From Helicobacteraceae bacterium (GTDB taxonomy: Bacteria; Campylobacterota; Campylobacteria; Campylobacterales; Helicobacteraceae), in the NCBI GenBank assembly GCA_029258405.1, contig JARHYY010000061.1:1-59331 (forward strand): DNA of 59,331 bases, in the 5' to 3' direction. The translations under genes and the position numbers were made by a program. A model generated the notes under the pieces. That model saw only the letters and a list, made by a program, of their open reading frames with translations. It searched no databases and was not told where the DNA came from. This document shows positions 1-8,065 of the stretch, piece by piece (the first letter of the stretch is position 1; each line of letters starts with the position of its first letter).

Positions 1-2
1 TT

Positions 3-137
3 AAAATACTAGAACCAAAATGGCAATATACAATGGGGCAAGGGGAGACTAGAATAGGTAAAAATAGAATTGAGAGAAGCGATAACCACAATATTAAAAA
101 ATCACATGAGCTATTGATTATAAAGGAGTGGCAATGA
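3..137 (+). CDS. DNA adenine methyltransferase (Dam/D12 class), C-terminal end only (truncated by window edge)
   Basis: Frame from nt 3 reads KILEPKWQYTMGQGETRIGKNRIERSDNHNIKKSHELLIIKEWQ*; terminal ELLI motif is typical of Dam-family MTases; TGA overlaps the next ATG (ATGA 134-137); adjacent to nuclease genes. Confidence 0.65.
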   Translation, partial: KILEPKWQYTMGQGETRIGKNRIERSDNHNIKKSHELLIIKEWQ

Positions 138-547
138 AGAAAAATAAAAAATTGGTGGAAGTAGAGTTGTCATTAAATAAAGAAGAGGTTATAGCTAATT
201 TTCCAGATGGCTTTAATTTTAAGGATCCAATGAAGCAAGTTCAAAAATTTTGTGTTAATGATGAGCTCAAAAAAATTGCTTATAGTGAACAAAGTCCAAA
301 ACGTAGTTTAGATGCACTTAAAAACGGGCAAAAGAAAGGAAATCCAAGTATTAGAACTACAGGTATGCATGAAAGCATAAAAAATGAGTTAAAAAATGGA
401 AGCAAGGTCAAAGTTATAATCGAATCAGTAGAACCTCCTAAAACTCCAAAAGATCAAGCAGATGAAGAAATAAAAAAATATAAAAATGATAATGGCGGGA
501 AAGCTCCAGAATGGAATAAACAAGCAAATAGAACAAAATGGAAGTGA
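134..547 (+). CDS. Degenerate GIY-YIG-like protein, paralogue of the downstream REase
   Basis: RBS AAGGAG 123-128, ATG 134. FCVNDELKKIAYS..KGNPSIR..LKNGSKV aligns by eye with LIVVDGEIKKIGGS..KGHPSI..ILQGKKI of the next gene. Confidence 0.55.
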   Translation: MKKNKKLVEVELSLNKEEVIANFPDGFNFKDPMKQVQKFCVNDELKKIAYSEQSPKRSLDALKNGQKKGNPSIRTTGMHESIKNELKNGSKVKVIIESVEPPKTPKDQADEEIKKYKNDNGGKAPEWNKQANRTKWK

Positions 548-551
548 ATAA

Positions 552-990
552 ATGAGAATAGAACAAGTCAAAACAGCATTTAAAATCGCCGATGTAGAAT
601 TTGTAGAAGGAAGCACAAAACTTAATTTCAATTATTTAAAAAACCTAAAAGATGAAAATGACAACACCTTACCACAAAAGATTCTAAAAAAGAATGTTGC
701 TAGAGTGTATTTGATTGTTGTTGATGGAGAAATTAAAAAGTAGGTGGGAGTCAAGCAACAGGTGGCATAAAAAGCACTCTATCAATTTATCAAGACGGAG
801 GGATAAAGGGGCATCCTAGCATACAAGTTATGGCGTATGGTATTTTCTTTAATTATACTATTTTGCAGGGCAAAAAGATAGAATTTTATATGATTTATCA
901 AGAGAATTTTGAAAAAGAAGTAAAAGGTTTGTTTGGGTTGAAAAAAGTAAGCAATGTTTCCATATCTTATAAATTTATAGAGCTTTGTTG
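552..990 (+). pseudogene. GIY-YIG family type II restriction endonuclease, frameshifted and 3'-truncated
   Basis: Joining frames across shifts near 741, 824 and 851 gives ARVYLIVVDGEIKK(I)GGSQATGGIKSTLSIYQDGGIKGHPSI.SYGVWYFL..TILQGKKIEFYMIYQ..KFIELCC, with a GIY-YIG-type VY..(K)IG hairpin; sequence then runs into intron-derived DNA. Confidence 0.7.
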
Positions 991-1569
991 CAATATGTTC
1001 TTAATAATCCTATTACTAATAGGAGCATAGAATATAACGATAACAGAATAAGTAGGCTATGTGCAAGTTATAGTAAATGTGAAATAAGCGGTAATAGATT
1101 AGAAGTAGGCAACATGGAATGCCATCATAAAATACCCTTACACTTAGGGGGAAATGATGAGTATAATAACTTGATATGGGTTGATAAATCTATACATAAG
1201 TTAATCCATGCAACAAAAAACAATACTATAAAGAAATATCTTAATGTAATAAACCTTGATAGTAAAGCAATAAAAAAGCTCAACCTATTAAGAGTAAAAG
1301 CGGGTAATAAACCTTTATAAAAGGTTCTTTGTTTATTTGAATAGATGAAATGATTATTTAAAATTATGGCAAGCTGTGTGCTCTGAAAGCTTGCACGGTT
1401 TAGAGTGGGGGAAAACCTAGAGATAACTTCAAAGGGTTAGGTATTGCTAATGATATGCTTAGTTAAATCTATACATAAGTTAATATATGCAACAAAACAA
1501 ATACTATAATACATATCTTCATGATATAAATCTTGATAGCAAAGTATTCAAAAGGTTAGGTATTGCTAA
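985..1569 (+). mobile_element. Group II intron remnant (3' part): IEP C-terminus with HNH domain, D5/D6, then duplicated HNH fragment and a second 3' end
   Basis: ORF 985-1320 NRSIEYNDNRIS..KCEISG..ECHHKIPLHLGGNDEYNNLIWV..HKLIHA matches the class B IEP En domain; 1366-1450 ATGGCAAGCTGTGTGCTCTGAAAGCTTGCACGGTTTAGAGTGGGGGAAAACCTAGAGATAACTTCAAAGGGTTAGGTATTGCTAA is D5 (GAAA loop)/D6-like; 1451-1569 repeats ~1172-1270 and the 3' end. Confidence 0.85.
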
Positions 1570-1602
1570 AATATTTTCACTATAGCTAAAAGTGCTAGAT
1601 GG

Positions 1603-1633
1603 TTTATCTCTTGCTTCACAAGCAAGAGATAAA
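1603..1633 (-). terminator. Hairpin terminator downstream of gltA
   Basis: Perfect 14-bp inverted repeat TTTATCTCTTGCTT-cac-AAGCAAGAGATAAA. Confidence 0.7.
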
Positions 1634-1683
1634 TTGTTTATTTGTAATATAAACTTTTTAAAATTTTATATCAATGAATAACA

Positions 1684-2967
1684 TTATTTGCCAAGATAAA
1701 CCTGCCTTGGACGTGTAATACGTGCATGAGGGTTTTTCATGTGTTCTATTACTTGTGCACACCAGCCCGGCATTCTCCCGATAACAAATATTGGTGTAAA
1801 GAGCTGAACAGGAATTTTTAAGGCACTCAAAATAATACCACTGTAAAAATCAACATTGGGATAAAGATTTCTCTGTTTAAAATAATCATCACTCAAAGCA
1901 ACTTCTTCAAGTTTTTCTGCTATATCACTTAATTTTGTATCCATGGTAATACCTTTTTTGTGTAGCTCATCTTTCAATGTTTTAATGGCTTTTGCACGAG
2001 GATCATAGCTCTTATATACCCTATGTCCAAATCCCATAAGCCTAAATGGATCACTTTTATCTTTTACTCTTTCTATAAATTTACCTACATTTTTAACATC
2101 ACCAATTTCTCTAAGTTGGTCAAGGACTTTTTCGTTTGCACCTCCATGAGCAGGACCCCAAAGTGCATTTATCCCTGCTGAAATTGCTGCATAAGGATGC
2201 ACACCTGTTGAAGCAACATTGCGTACAGTTGTGGTTGAGGCATTTTGTCCATGGTCAGCATGGAGAGAGAATATTCTATCTAAGGCTTGCACTTCCAGTG
2301 GAGTAATTGTAGTTTCTCCAGAGCGGGTGTATTTTAATCTTCCGCTTGGATATGCTCTAAGCATATACAAGAAGTTTTCTACATAACTTAGAGAAATATC
2401 AGGATAAATAAATGGTGCACCAACAGAATTACGATATGAAAATGCTACTAAAGTAGTAATTTTTGCAATAATTCTTCGTGCCATTGTTTGATAGTCACCC
2501 TCATGTTCCATATCTTTATGATCGAAGTGGAAAGTAGATAACGCAGCTACAGCCGAACTTAAGTTTGCCATCGGATGTGCATTATCTGGAAAGGCACTGA
2601 AAATATTAATAAGCCCCTCATGCAGAAAGCTACGATGCCTTAACTCTAAATCAAACTCTTCTGATTCTTCTTTGTTTTTTGGTGCTTCGCCAGTAATGAG
2701 CAATTTTGCAATATCAGTAAAGGAATATTTTTCTACAATTTCTTGTATGGGCTGACCTTTATATAAAAGTTGTCCTTCTTTACCATTGATGTAGCTAATA
2801 GTACTTTGGCAACCAGCGGTGGAGCCATATCCCGGATCATAGGAAAAAATACCTGTTGTTTCAAAAAGCTTAGAAAAGTCTATAGCTTTTGGTCCTCGTG
2901 TGCAGTCAATAAGGTTAAACTCAAATTTTTCACCTGTTTCATTATTGATTAATGTAACTGTTCCCAT
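1684..2967 (-). CDS. gltA: Citrate synthase
   Basis: [31 protein letters not shown] and YPNVDFYSG motifs; RBS AAGGAG. Confidence 0.97.
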   Translation of the reverse strand: MGTVTLINNETGEKFEFNLIDCTRGPKAIDFSKLFETTGIFSYDPGYGSTAGCQSTISYINGKEGQLLYKGQPIQEIVEKYSFTDIAKLLITGEAPKNKEESEEFDLELRHRSFLHEGLINIFSAFPDNAHPMANLSSAVAALSTFHFDHKDMEHEGDYQTMARRIIAKITTLVAFSYRNSVGAPFIYPDISLSYVENFLYMLRAYPSGRLKYTRSGETTITPLEVQALDRIFSLHADHGQNASTTTVRNVASTGVHPYAAISAGINALWGPAHGGANEKVLDQLREIGDVKNVGKFIERVKDKSDPFRLMGFGHRVYKSYDPRAKAIKTLKDELHKKGITMDTKLSDIAEKLEEVALSDDYFKQRNLYPNVDFYSGIILSALKIPVQLFTPIFVIGRMPGWCAQVIEHMKNPHARITRPRQVYLGK

Positions 2968-3020
2968 ACTACTCCTTTTTAGGAAAAAATTAAATGAGGC
3001 ACAATGCCTCTTTTGTTTAA

Positions 3021-3130
3021 GCGAATAATCCTCCGCTTACAAGAAATGATGGCTTTCTTAACTTAAAGCTAAGTAAAATCTCAGCTCACCTAAAAGGTTT
3101 TTAGTCCAATAAAACTCGCTAACCCAAAGC
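3021..3130 (-). repeat. Dispersed repeat copy A, resembling an IS200/IS605 right end / TnpB reRNA
   Basis: Minus strand AAAACCTTTTAGGTGAGCTGAGATTTTACTTAGCTTTAAGTTAAGAAAGCC..TAAGCGGAGGATTATTC; clearly similar to 19021-19132 and 35421-35540. Confidence 0.6.
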
Positions 3131-3374
3131 TTTTAATCCATGCTCTTTTTAAGATATCCCTACCTGCATTTATAGCAATATTATATCACAATTAATTAAA
3201 TATTGCCTTGAAATTTTGTTATGCTAGCTTATTAATTGTTAAGAGTTTTTAGCAATTCACCCACTTAAGAGCCTTCTTGCTTGTCATGGATAAAGCAGGT
3301 AGATTGAATACTTTGTCAAATTTCTACTGAAATAAGGCTTAAAATAAAGAAAATGGGAATTTTAAATAAAACAT

Positions 3375-3391
3375 CTGGTATATTTTTTGCT
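3375..3391 (+). promoter_or_regulatory. Candidate sigma54 (-24/-12) promoter
   Basis: CTGGTATATTTTTTGCT: GG(3377-78)-N10-GC(3389-90), correct spacing. Confidence 0.35.
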
Positions 3392-3478
3392 CTTTCTGAT
3401 TGTTTTGATTTAATTTTTAAAGTAATTCTTAGCCCTATTTTTTTATAATATAGAGTTTAAATTATTGTACTTTGTTAT

Positions 3479-3567
3479 AGACAGGTGTCCGAGCGGTTTA
3501 AGGAGCACGCCTGGAACGCGTGTAAGGTTCAAAGCCTTCAGGGGTTCAAATCCCCTTCTGTCTGCCA
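3479..3567 (+). tRNA. tRNA-Ser(GGA)
   Basis: Acceptor stem AGACAGG/TCTGTCT, anticodon arm CACGC-CTGGAAC-GCGTG, long variable arm, GTTCAAATC, encoded CCA. Confidence 0.95.
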
Positions 3568-3760
3568 TAAACCCGCTTTATTCTTTGTTGTAGATTTGTT
3601 CGTTTAACTATTCCAAGAAAATAAATAACTCGTTTATGTAGGCAGATGATCAATCCTGCTTTGTATAATTATTGATAGTATAAGTTAGTTGTGATTTATT
3701 ATTCTTCTTTTTGAAGAAATTAGTGCTTTAATTTAAACGCTAAGTTTGAAAGGATAAAAC

Positions 3761-4825
3761 ATGCTCGGTGTAGCACTTTTAGGTTGTGGGCGTATTGCAT
3801 CGCGACATGCAGAGATATTAAGCAAAGGGGAGATTAAGGGGGCAAATCTTGTAGCAGTATGCGATATACAAAAACAAAAAGCAGAAATTTTTGGGCAAAA
3901 ATATAATCTACCATATTTTTATGACTATAAAACAATGCTTGAAAAGTGTAAAGAGATTGATATTGTTTCCATATTGACACCTAGTGGTATGCATGCACAA
4001 AATACATTGCAAATTGCTCCTTATAAAAAGCATATTATTGTTGAGAAACCTATGGCTCTTACTCTTGATGATGCTGATGCAATGATTAAGATTTGCGATG
4101 AGTATGGGATTAAACTTTTTGTAGTAAAACAAAACCGCTATAACCTCCCTGTGCAAAAGCTAAGAGAAGCTTTAGAAAGAGGACGGTTTGGAAAAATCGT
4201 TATGGGAAGCGTCAGAGTTCGCTGGTGTAGAGACCAAAACTACTATAATCAAGATTCTTGGCGAGGAACATGGGCAATGGATGGTGGGGTTTTTACAAAT
4301 CAAGCAAGCCATCATATTGATTTGCTTGAATGGATGTTGGGCGATGTAGAGAGCGTGTTTGCTAAAAGCCAAACTGCATTGAGCAATATTGAGGCTGAAG
4401 ATACAGGTGTGGCTATTGTAAAATTTTGTAATGGTGCATTGGGAGTTATAGAGGCAACTACTGCTACAAGACCAAAAGATCTCGAAGGTAGCATTTCCAT
4501 CTTAGGTGAATTAGGCAGTGTTGAGATTGGAGGTTTTGCAGTTAATAAAATTTTACATTGGAATTTTACGCACACCATTCCGAGTGATAGTGAAGTTTTA
4601 GAGCGATATTCCACTAACCCTCCAAATGTTTATGGCTTTGGGCATAGAGAATATTACTTGCATGTAGTAGATTCTATTATGCACAATAAAAAAGCTTTAG
4701 TTGATGGGCTAGAAGGAAGAAAAAGCCTAGAGCTTATTGTGGCTCTATATGAAAGCGTAGAAACAGGCAAAGAAGTTTTTTTGAAATTTCAACCACAAAA
4801 ATGTAAGCTAGGACATAAAGTATGA
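3761..4825 (+). CDS. Gfo/Idh/MocA oxidoreductase, WlbA/WbpB-like UDP-GlcNAcA 3-dehydrogenase
   Basis: GCGRIA, VEKPMA, VVKQNRYN, WRGTWAMDGG and NQASHHIDLL motifs. Confidence 0.85.
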   Translation: MLGVALLGCGRIASRHAEILSKGEIKGANLVAVCDIQKQKAEIFGQKYNLPYFYDYKTMLEKCKEIDIVSILTPSGMHAQNTLQIAPYKKHIIVEKPMALTLDDADAMIKICDEYGIKLFVVKQNRYNLPVQKLREALERGRFGKIVMGSVRVRWCRDQNYYNQDSWRGTWAMDGGVFTNQASHHIDLLEWMLGDVESVFAKSQTALSNIEAEDTGVAIVKFCNGALGVIEATTATRPKDLEGSISILGELGSVEIGGFAVNKILHWNFTHTIPSDSEVLERYSTNPPNVYGFGHREYYLHVVDSIMHNKKALVDGLEGRKSLELIVALYESVETGKEVFLKFQPQKCKLGHKV

Positions 4826-5542
4826 AAAAAGTTATTTTCTTAGGTGCTAAGGATATTGGCGTGGCTTGTCTTAAAGAACTTTTCTTAAGACAAGTAGAAC
4901 TAAACTATAAAATTATTGCTGTACTTACTTCTCCTAGAGGTGAGGGTATAAGAAATTTTTGCAAAAAGCATGATTTAGCTATTTTTGAACATTTAGATGA
5001 TATCCTAGAGAAAGCATGCGATATACTTTTTAGTGTACAATACCACCAGATATTATCTCCTCGCCATATTAAAATTGCAAAAGAAATTGCTTTTAATTTA
5101 CACTTAGCCCCTCTTCCAGAATATCGTGGTTGCAATCAGTTTTCTTTTGCTCTACTTAATGATGATAAAGAATTTGGAGTAACTATCCACAGGCTTGAAA
5201 AGGGCATTGATAGCGGAGCTATTGTTTTTGAAAAGCGGTTTGATATTCCTTCTGATTGTTTTGTAGATGAGCTTGTTAAAATTGCTTCACAATATGGATT
5301 TGAGCTTTTTTCTTCTTCACTTCCTGCTTTGATAAATGGCAATTATGAGCTGATACCACAAAGCAGTCGCATAAGCCACCGCAGAGAATTTCATTTGCGT
5401 CGCGAAATTGATTCATTAAAATGTATAGATATAGCGGGGGGGCATAATTGAAAGAATTATCAGAGCAACCTCAATGCCGGGATTTGAACCGCCATACTGT
5501 TTTATCGGAGGGAAAAAAATCTTTTTTGTACGAGAAGAATGA
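4822..5542 (+). pseudogene. Sugar N-formyltransferase, frameshifted at a G7 tract (probable phase-OFF allele); the ORF as read ends at 5451
   Basis: NLHLAPLPEYRG and GIDSG formyltransferase motifs; G7 at 5436-5442; the shifted frame continues GIIERIIRATSMPGFEPPYCFIGGKKIFFVREE* to 5542. Confidence 0.75.
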
Positions 5543-5999
5543 TTTTTGTATATACCATAAAGTTCAAGTACGCAATGTAAAATGCGGACAGAAAGTAAGG
5601 ATTGTTGAGCCTTGTAATCTATATGAATGTGAGCTTGGAGATTTTGTTTTTATCGGTCCTTTTGTTGAAATTCAAAAAGGAGTTAAGATTGGAGCTCATA
5701 CCCGCATACAATCCCACACTTTTATTTGTGAGCTTGTAAGCATAGGGATATCATGCTTTATTGGGCATGGTGTTATGTTTGTAAATGATTTATTTTCTAT
5801 GGGAGGTCCAAGTGGAGATCCAGCTTTATGGAAAGAGACAGTTATTGGGAATAATGTAAGCATTGGCTCAAATGCAACTATTTTGCCAGTAAAAATATGT
5901 GATGGGGCTGTTATTGGGGCGGGGAGTGTTGTGTGTAAAGATATTACAGTAAAAGGAGTATACGCAGGTAATCCAGCCTCGTTATTGCGAGTGCTTTAG
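5526..5999 (+). CDS. Hexapeptide-repeat sugar N-acetyltransferase (WlbB/WbpD-like); start uncertain (TTG 5526 or TTG 5448)
   Basis: IGPFVEIQKGVKIG..IQSHTFICE..IGHGVMFVND..IGSNATILPV..IGAGSVV..AGNPA; GGAGG at 5507-5511. Confidence 0.8.
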   Translation: MYEKNDFCIYHKVQVRNVKCGQKVRIVEPCNLYECELGDFVFIGPFVEIQKGVKIGAHTRIQSHTFICELVSIGISCFIGHGVMFVNDLFSMGGPSGDPALWKETVIGNNVSIGSNATILPVKICDGAVIGAGSVVCKDITVKGVYAGNPASLLRVL

Positions 6000-7170
6000 C
6001 AATTCCAGCCTAAATCCCTTGTTATCTCCAGTCCCCTGCCAAACTACGCAAACAAAATTTTGAGTGAGCATGTATCATTAATGTTCACTCTAATATACAT
6101 TGCATCTCTTACGAATATAGAATCTTTTATGAAGATTTAACTTACTTTTGCTCTTGACACATTAAATTTTCTAATGCTTTACTCTTGAAAGATTTATATT
6201 ATTAAGAAATATCCTAAGCTCTTAATGTATTTTGGTATATTATAGATGTATCTTTAATATTTTTGAGTTTTATATTATTTATGACTTTTTAAAGTGAGTG
6301 TCATATTACAATCTATGCTACTGTGATATGTATTTATAGGAGTTATATATGTCTAAGCTTTATTATAATTCTTGCTTCAAATCTAGAGCACCATAGATTT
6401 TTTATAGCATGCTTACTTGTTCTTGATGTTTAACGCTATGCTTTTAAGACTATATCCTTGAGCTTCTTTTGAGCTTTGATTTTAAATCCTAAGAACTCAT
6501 TATATTGTTTATATTGTTTCCTTAAGTTTATGATTTGATATTTATACCTTAAGACTTTGCATAAACATTTCTTAGATTTTTTTATAATATTTATACAATG
6601 CAACATATTATCAGAGAAACTCTCTATTAATAACAATATGTAGTTTATTGTTATTCTATAGCTCTATATTATTATTATAGAGTTCTCTATTGTTTTTGGT
6701 TTTAAATTCTAAGATTCTTTTTGTTGTTATTATGAGATTCTCTATTGAATCATTATCTCTTTAAAGCTATTTACTCTTTAAGTGAATTTCTTTGTTCTTT
6801 TGAATGTATTTAATGGCTAGGTTTTTAGCTCTACTCTTATATAAGAGCTTAATACTTATGCTTGAGAATCAATGAGATTTGTATATTGCAAGGGATTATT
6901 TATTGTAAGAAATTATTCTATATTATTATCTCAAGTCTAACTCCTTAATCATATCAATGGCATATAATGAGAACATATATATAAGAGTGCTTTGAGATAG
7001 CTCCTTAATGCTCTTTTGTATGGTATATATAATTCTAGGTGTTTTTAAGAATTCTTATATTTTTATGTTTATATATAGTTTAAATAGAGTGTTGAGTAAA
7101 TTTTTAAGTTTGTATTTTTGTTTAAATTATAGTTGGGTTTAGTTATTGTTTAAGTTTTGATATTGTGTGC
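5996..7170 (-). mobile_element. Heavily decayed group II intron remnant (5' domain, RT fragment, 3' end)
   Basis: 6901-7140 (minus) aligns with 58290-58520; ORF 6436-6636 contains IINLRKQY..EFLGFKIKAQKK (RT domain 7-like); minus-strand end GGGGACTGGAGATAAC..GGAATTGCTAA resembles the D6 end at 1407-1450. Confidence 0.7.
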
Positions 7171-7330
7171 TTTGATAGCACTTGTAGTGAGGAATGTTAG
7201 AACAAGTAATGATATTCTTTCTGATTAAATGTTTTTATAAACACATAGCCAAAAAAGAAAATGCTTATAGCTCTTGCTAAATTATATTCATATATACTAT
7301 AATGCGATGTTTCTTCTTTGTTACCCTACC

Positions 7331-8065
7331 CTATATAACAGCTATAATACCACACATAAGCAATGCAAATAAAATAACACCAATAAAAAAACGTCTTAAA
7401 TCAACTTCATCAAAAGCTATATTGCTATGTTCTTTTTCTAGCAATGATAGAAAAATATCCCCTTCTATAAGTTCTTTTGAGATTAAAAGAGCAGCTTCTC
7501 TCCCATTGCTTAACACAGAAAATTGATAGGCAAAATTATCTGCATTAATGCCTTTAGCTTCTTCATAGATGGGCTGCACTAGCACATCAATTACACCTGC
7601 CTGCCCTAATCCAACGGTACGCAATATGGAGCAACCCTCTCGCATTTTTCCTTGTTTTTTAGGAATATTCATTACCTCAAAAACTCTCTGATACGCTTTT
7701 CCATTTTCTTTTTTGCCATTTACAATAATAGAGCAGGGTTTTTGAGTGTTAAGTTGTGATAAATATTTTCCTACAATAATAGCATGAATAAAACGAACCA
7801 CATCATCAATGCTAATAAATTCTTCAAGGAGCTCTAAAATAATAGCAACTTCTCTGCCTCCTTTATGGTATAAATCTAGTTGTGGATTTAGAAATAAACA
7901 GCATTCCTTATCTAAAGAGCTTTCAAGAAAATGCACTAAGTCCTCATGGATAAGCTTAAGCCCAGCACGAGGAGGCAATTGCTTATTTTTTTGAATTATC
8001 TTACTTCGTTCCCAATCTGCATATTTTTTTTCTCGGCGATACATTACAGAATTAGAGCGTGCCAT
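7331..8065 (-). CDS. Hypothetical protein with C-terminal transmembrane helix
   Basis: 244-aa ORF translationally coupled to copA (overlap at 8065); hydrophobic C-terminus FFIGVILFALLMCGIIAVI. Confidence 0.65.
   Translation of the reverse strand: MARSNSVMYRREKKYADWERSKIIQKNKQLPPRAGLKLIHEDLVHFLESSLDKECCLFLNPQLDLYHKGGREVAIILELLEEFISIDDVVRFIHAIIVGKYLSQLNTQKPCSIIVNGKKENGKAYQRVFEVMNIPKKQGKMREGCSILRTVGLGQAGVIDVLVQPIYEEAKGINADNFAYQFSVLSNGREAALLISKELIEGDIFLSLLEKEHSNIAFDEVDLRRFFIGVILFALLMCGIIAVI

Noticed and set aside
985-1450. Active group II intron
   Set aside because: RT domains and the 5' half are absent at this locus, and D5 appears shortened; no copy in the window is complete
6436-6636. 66-aa ORF as an independent gene
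   Set aside because: Fragment of decayed intron RT sequence; no YADD motif is recognisable nearby
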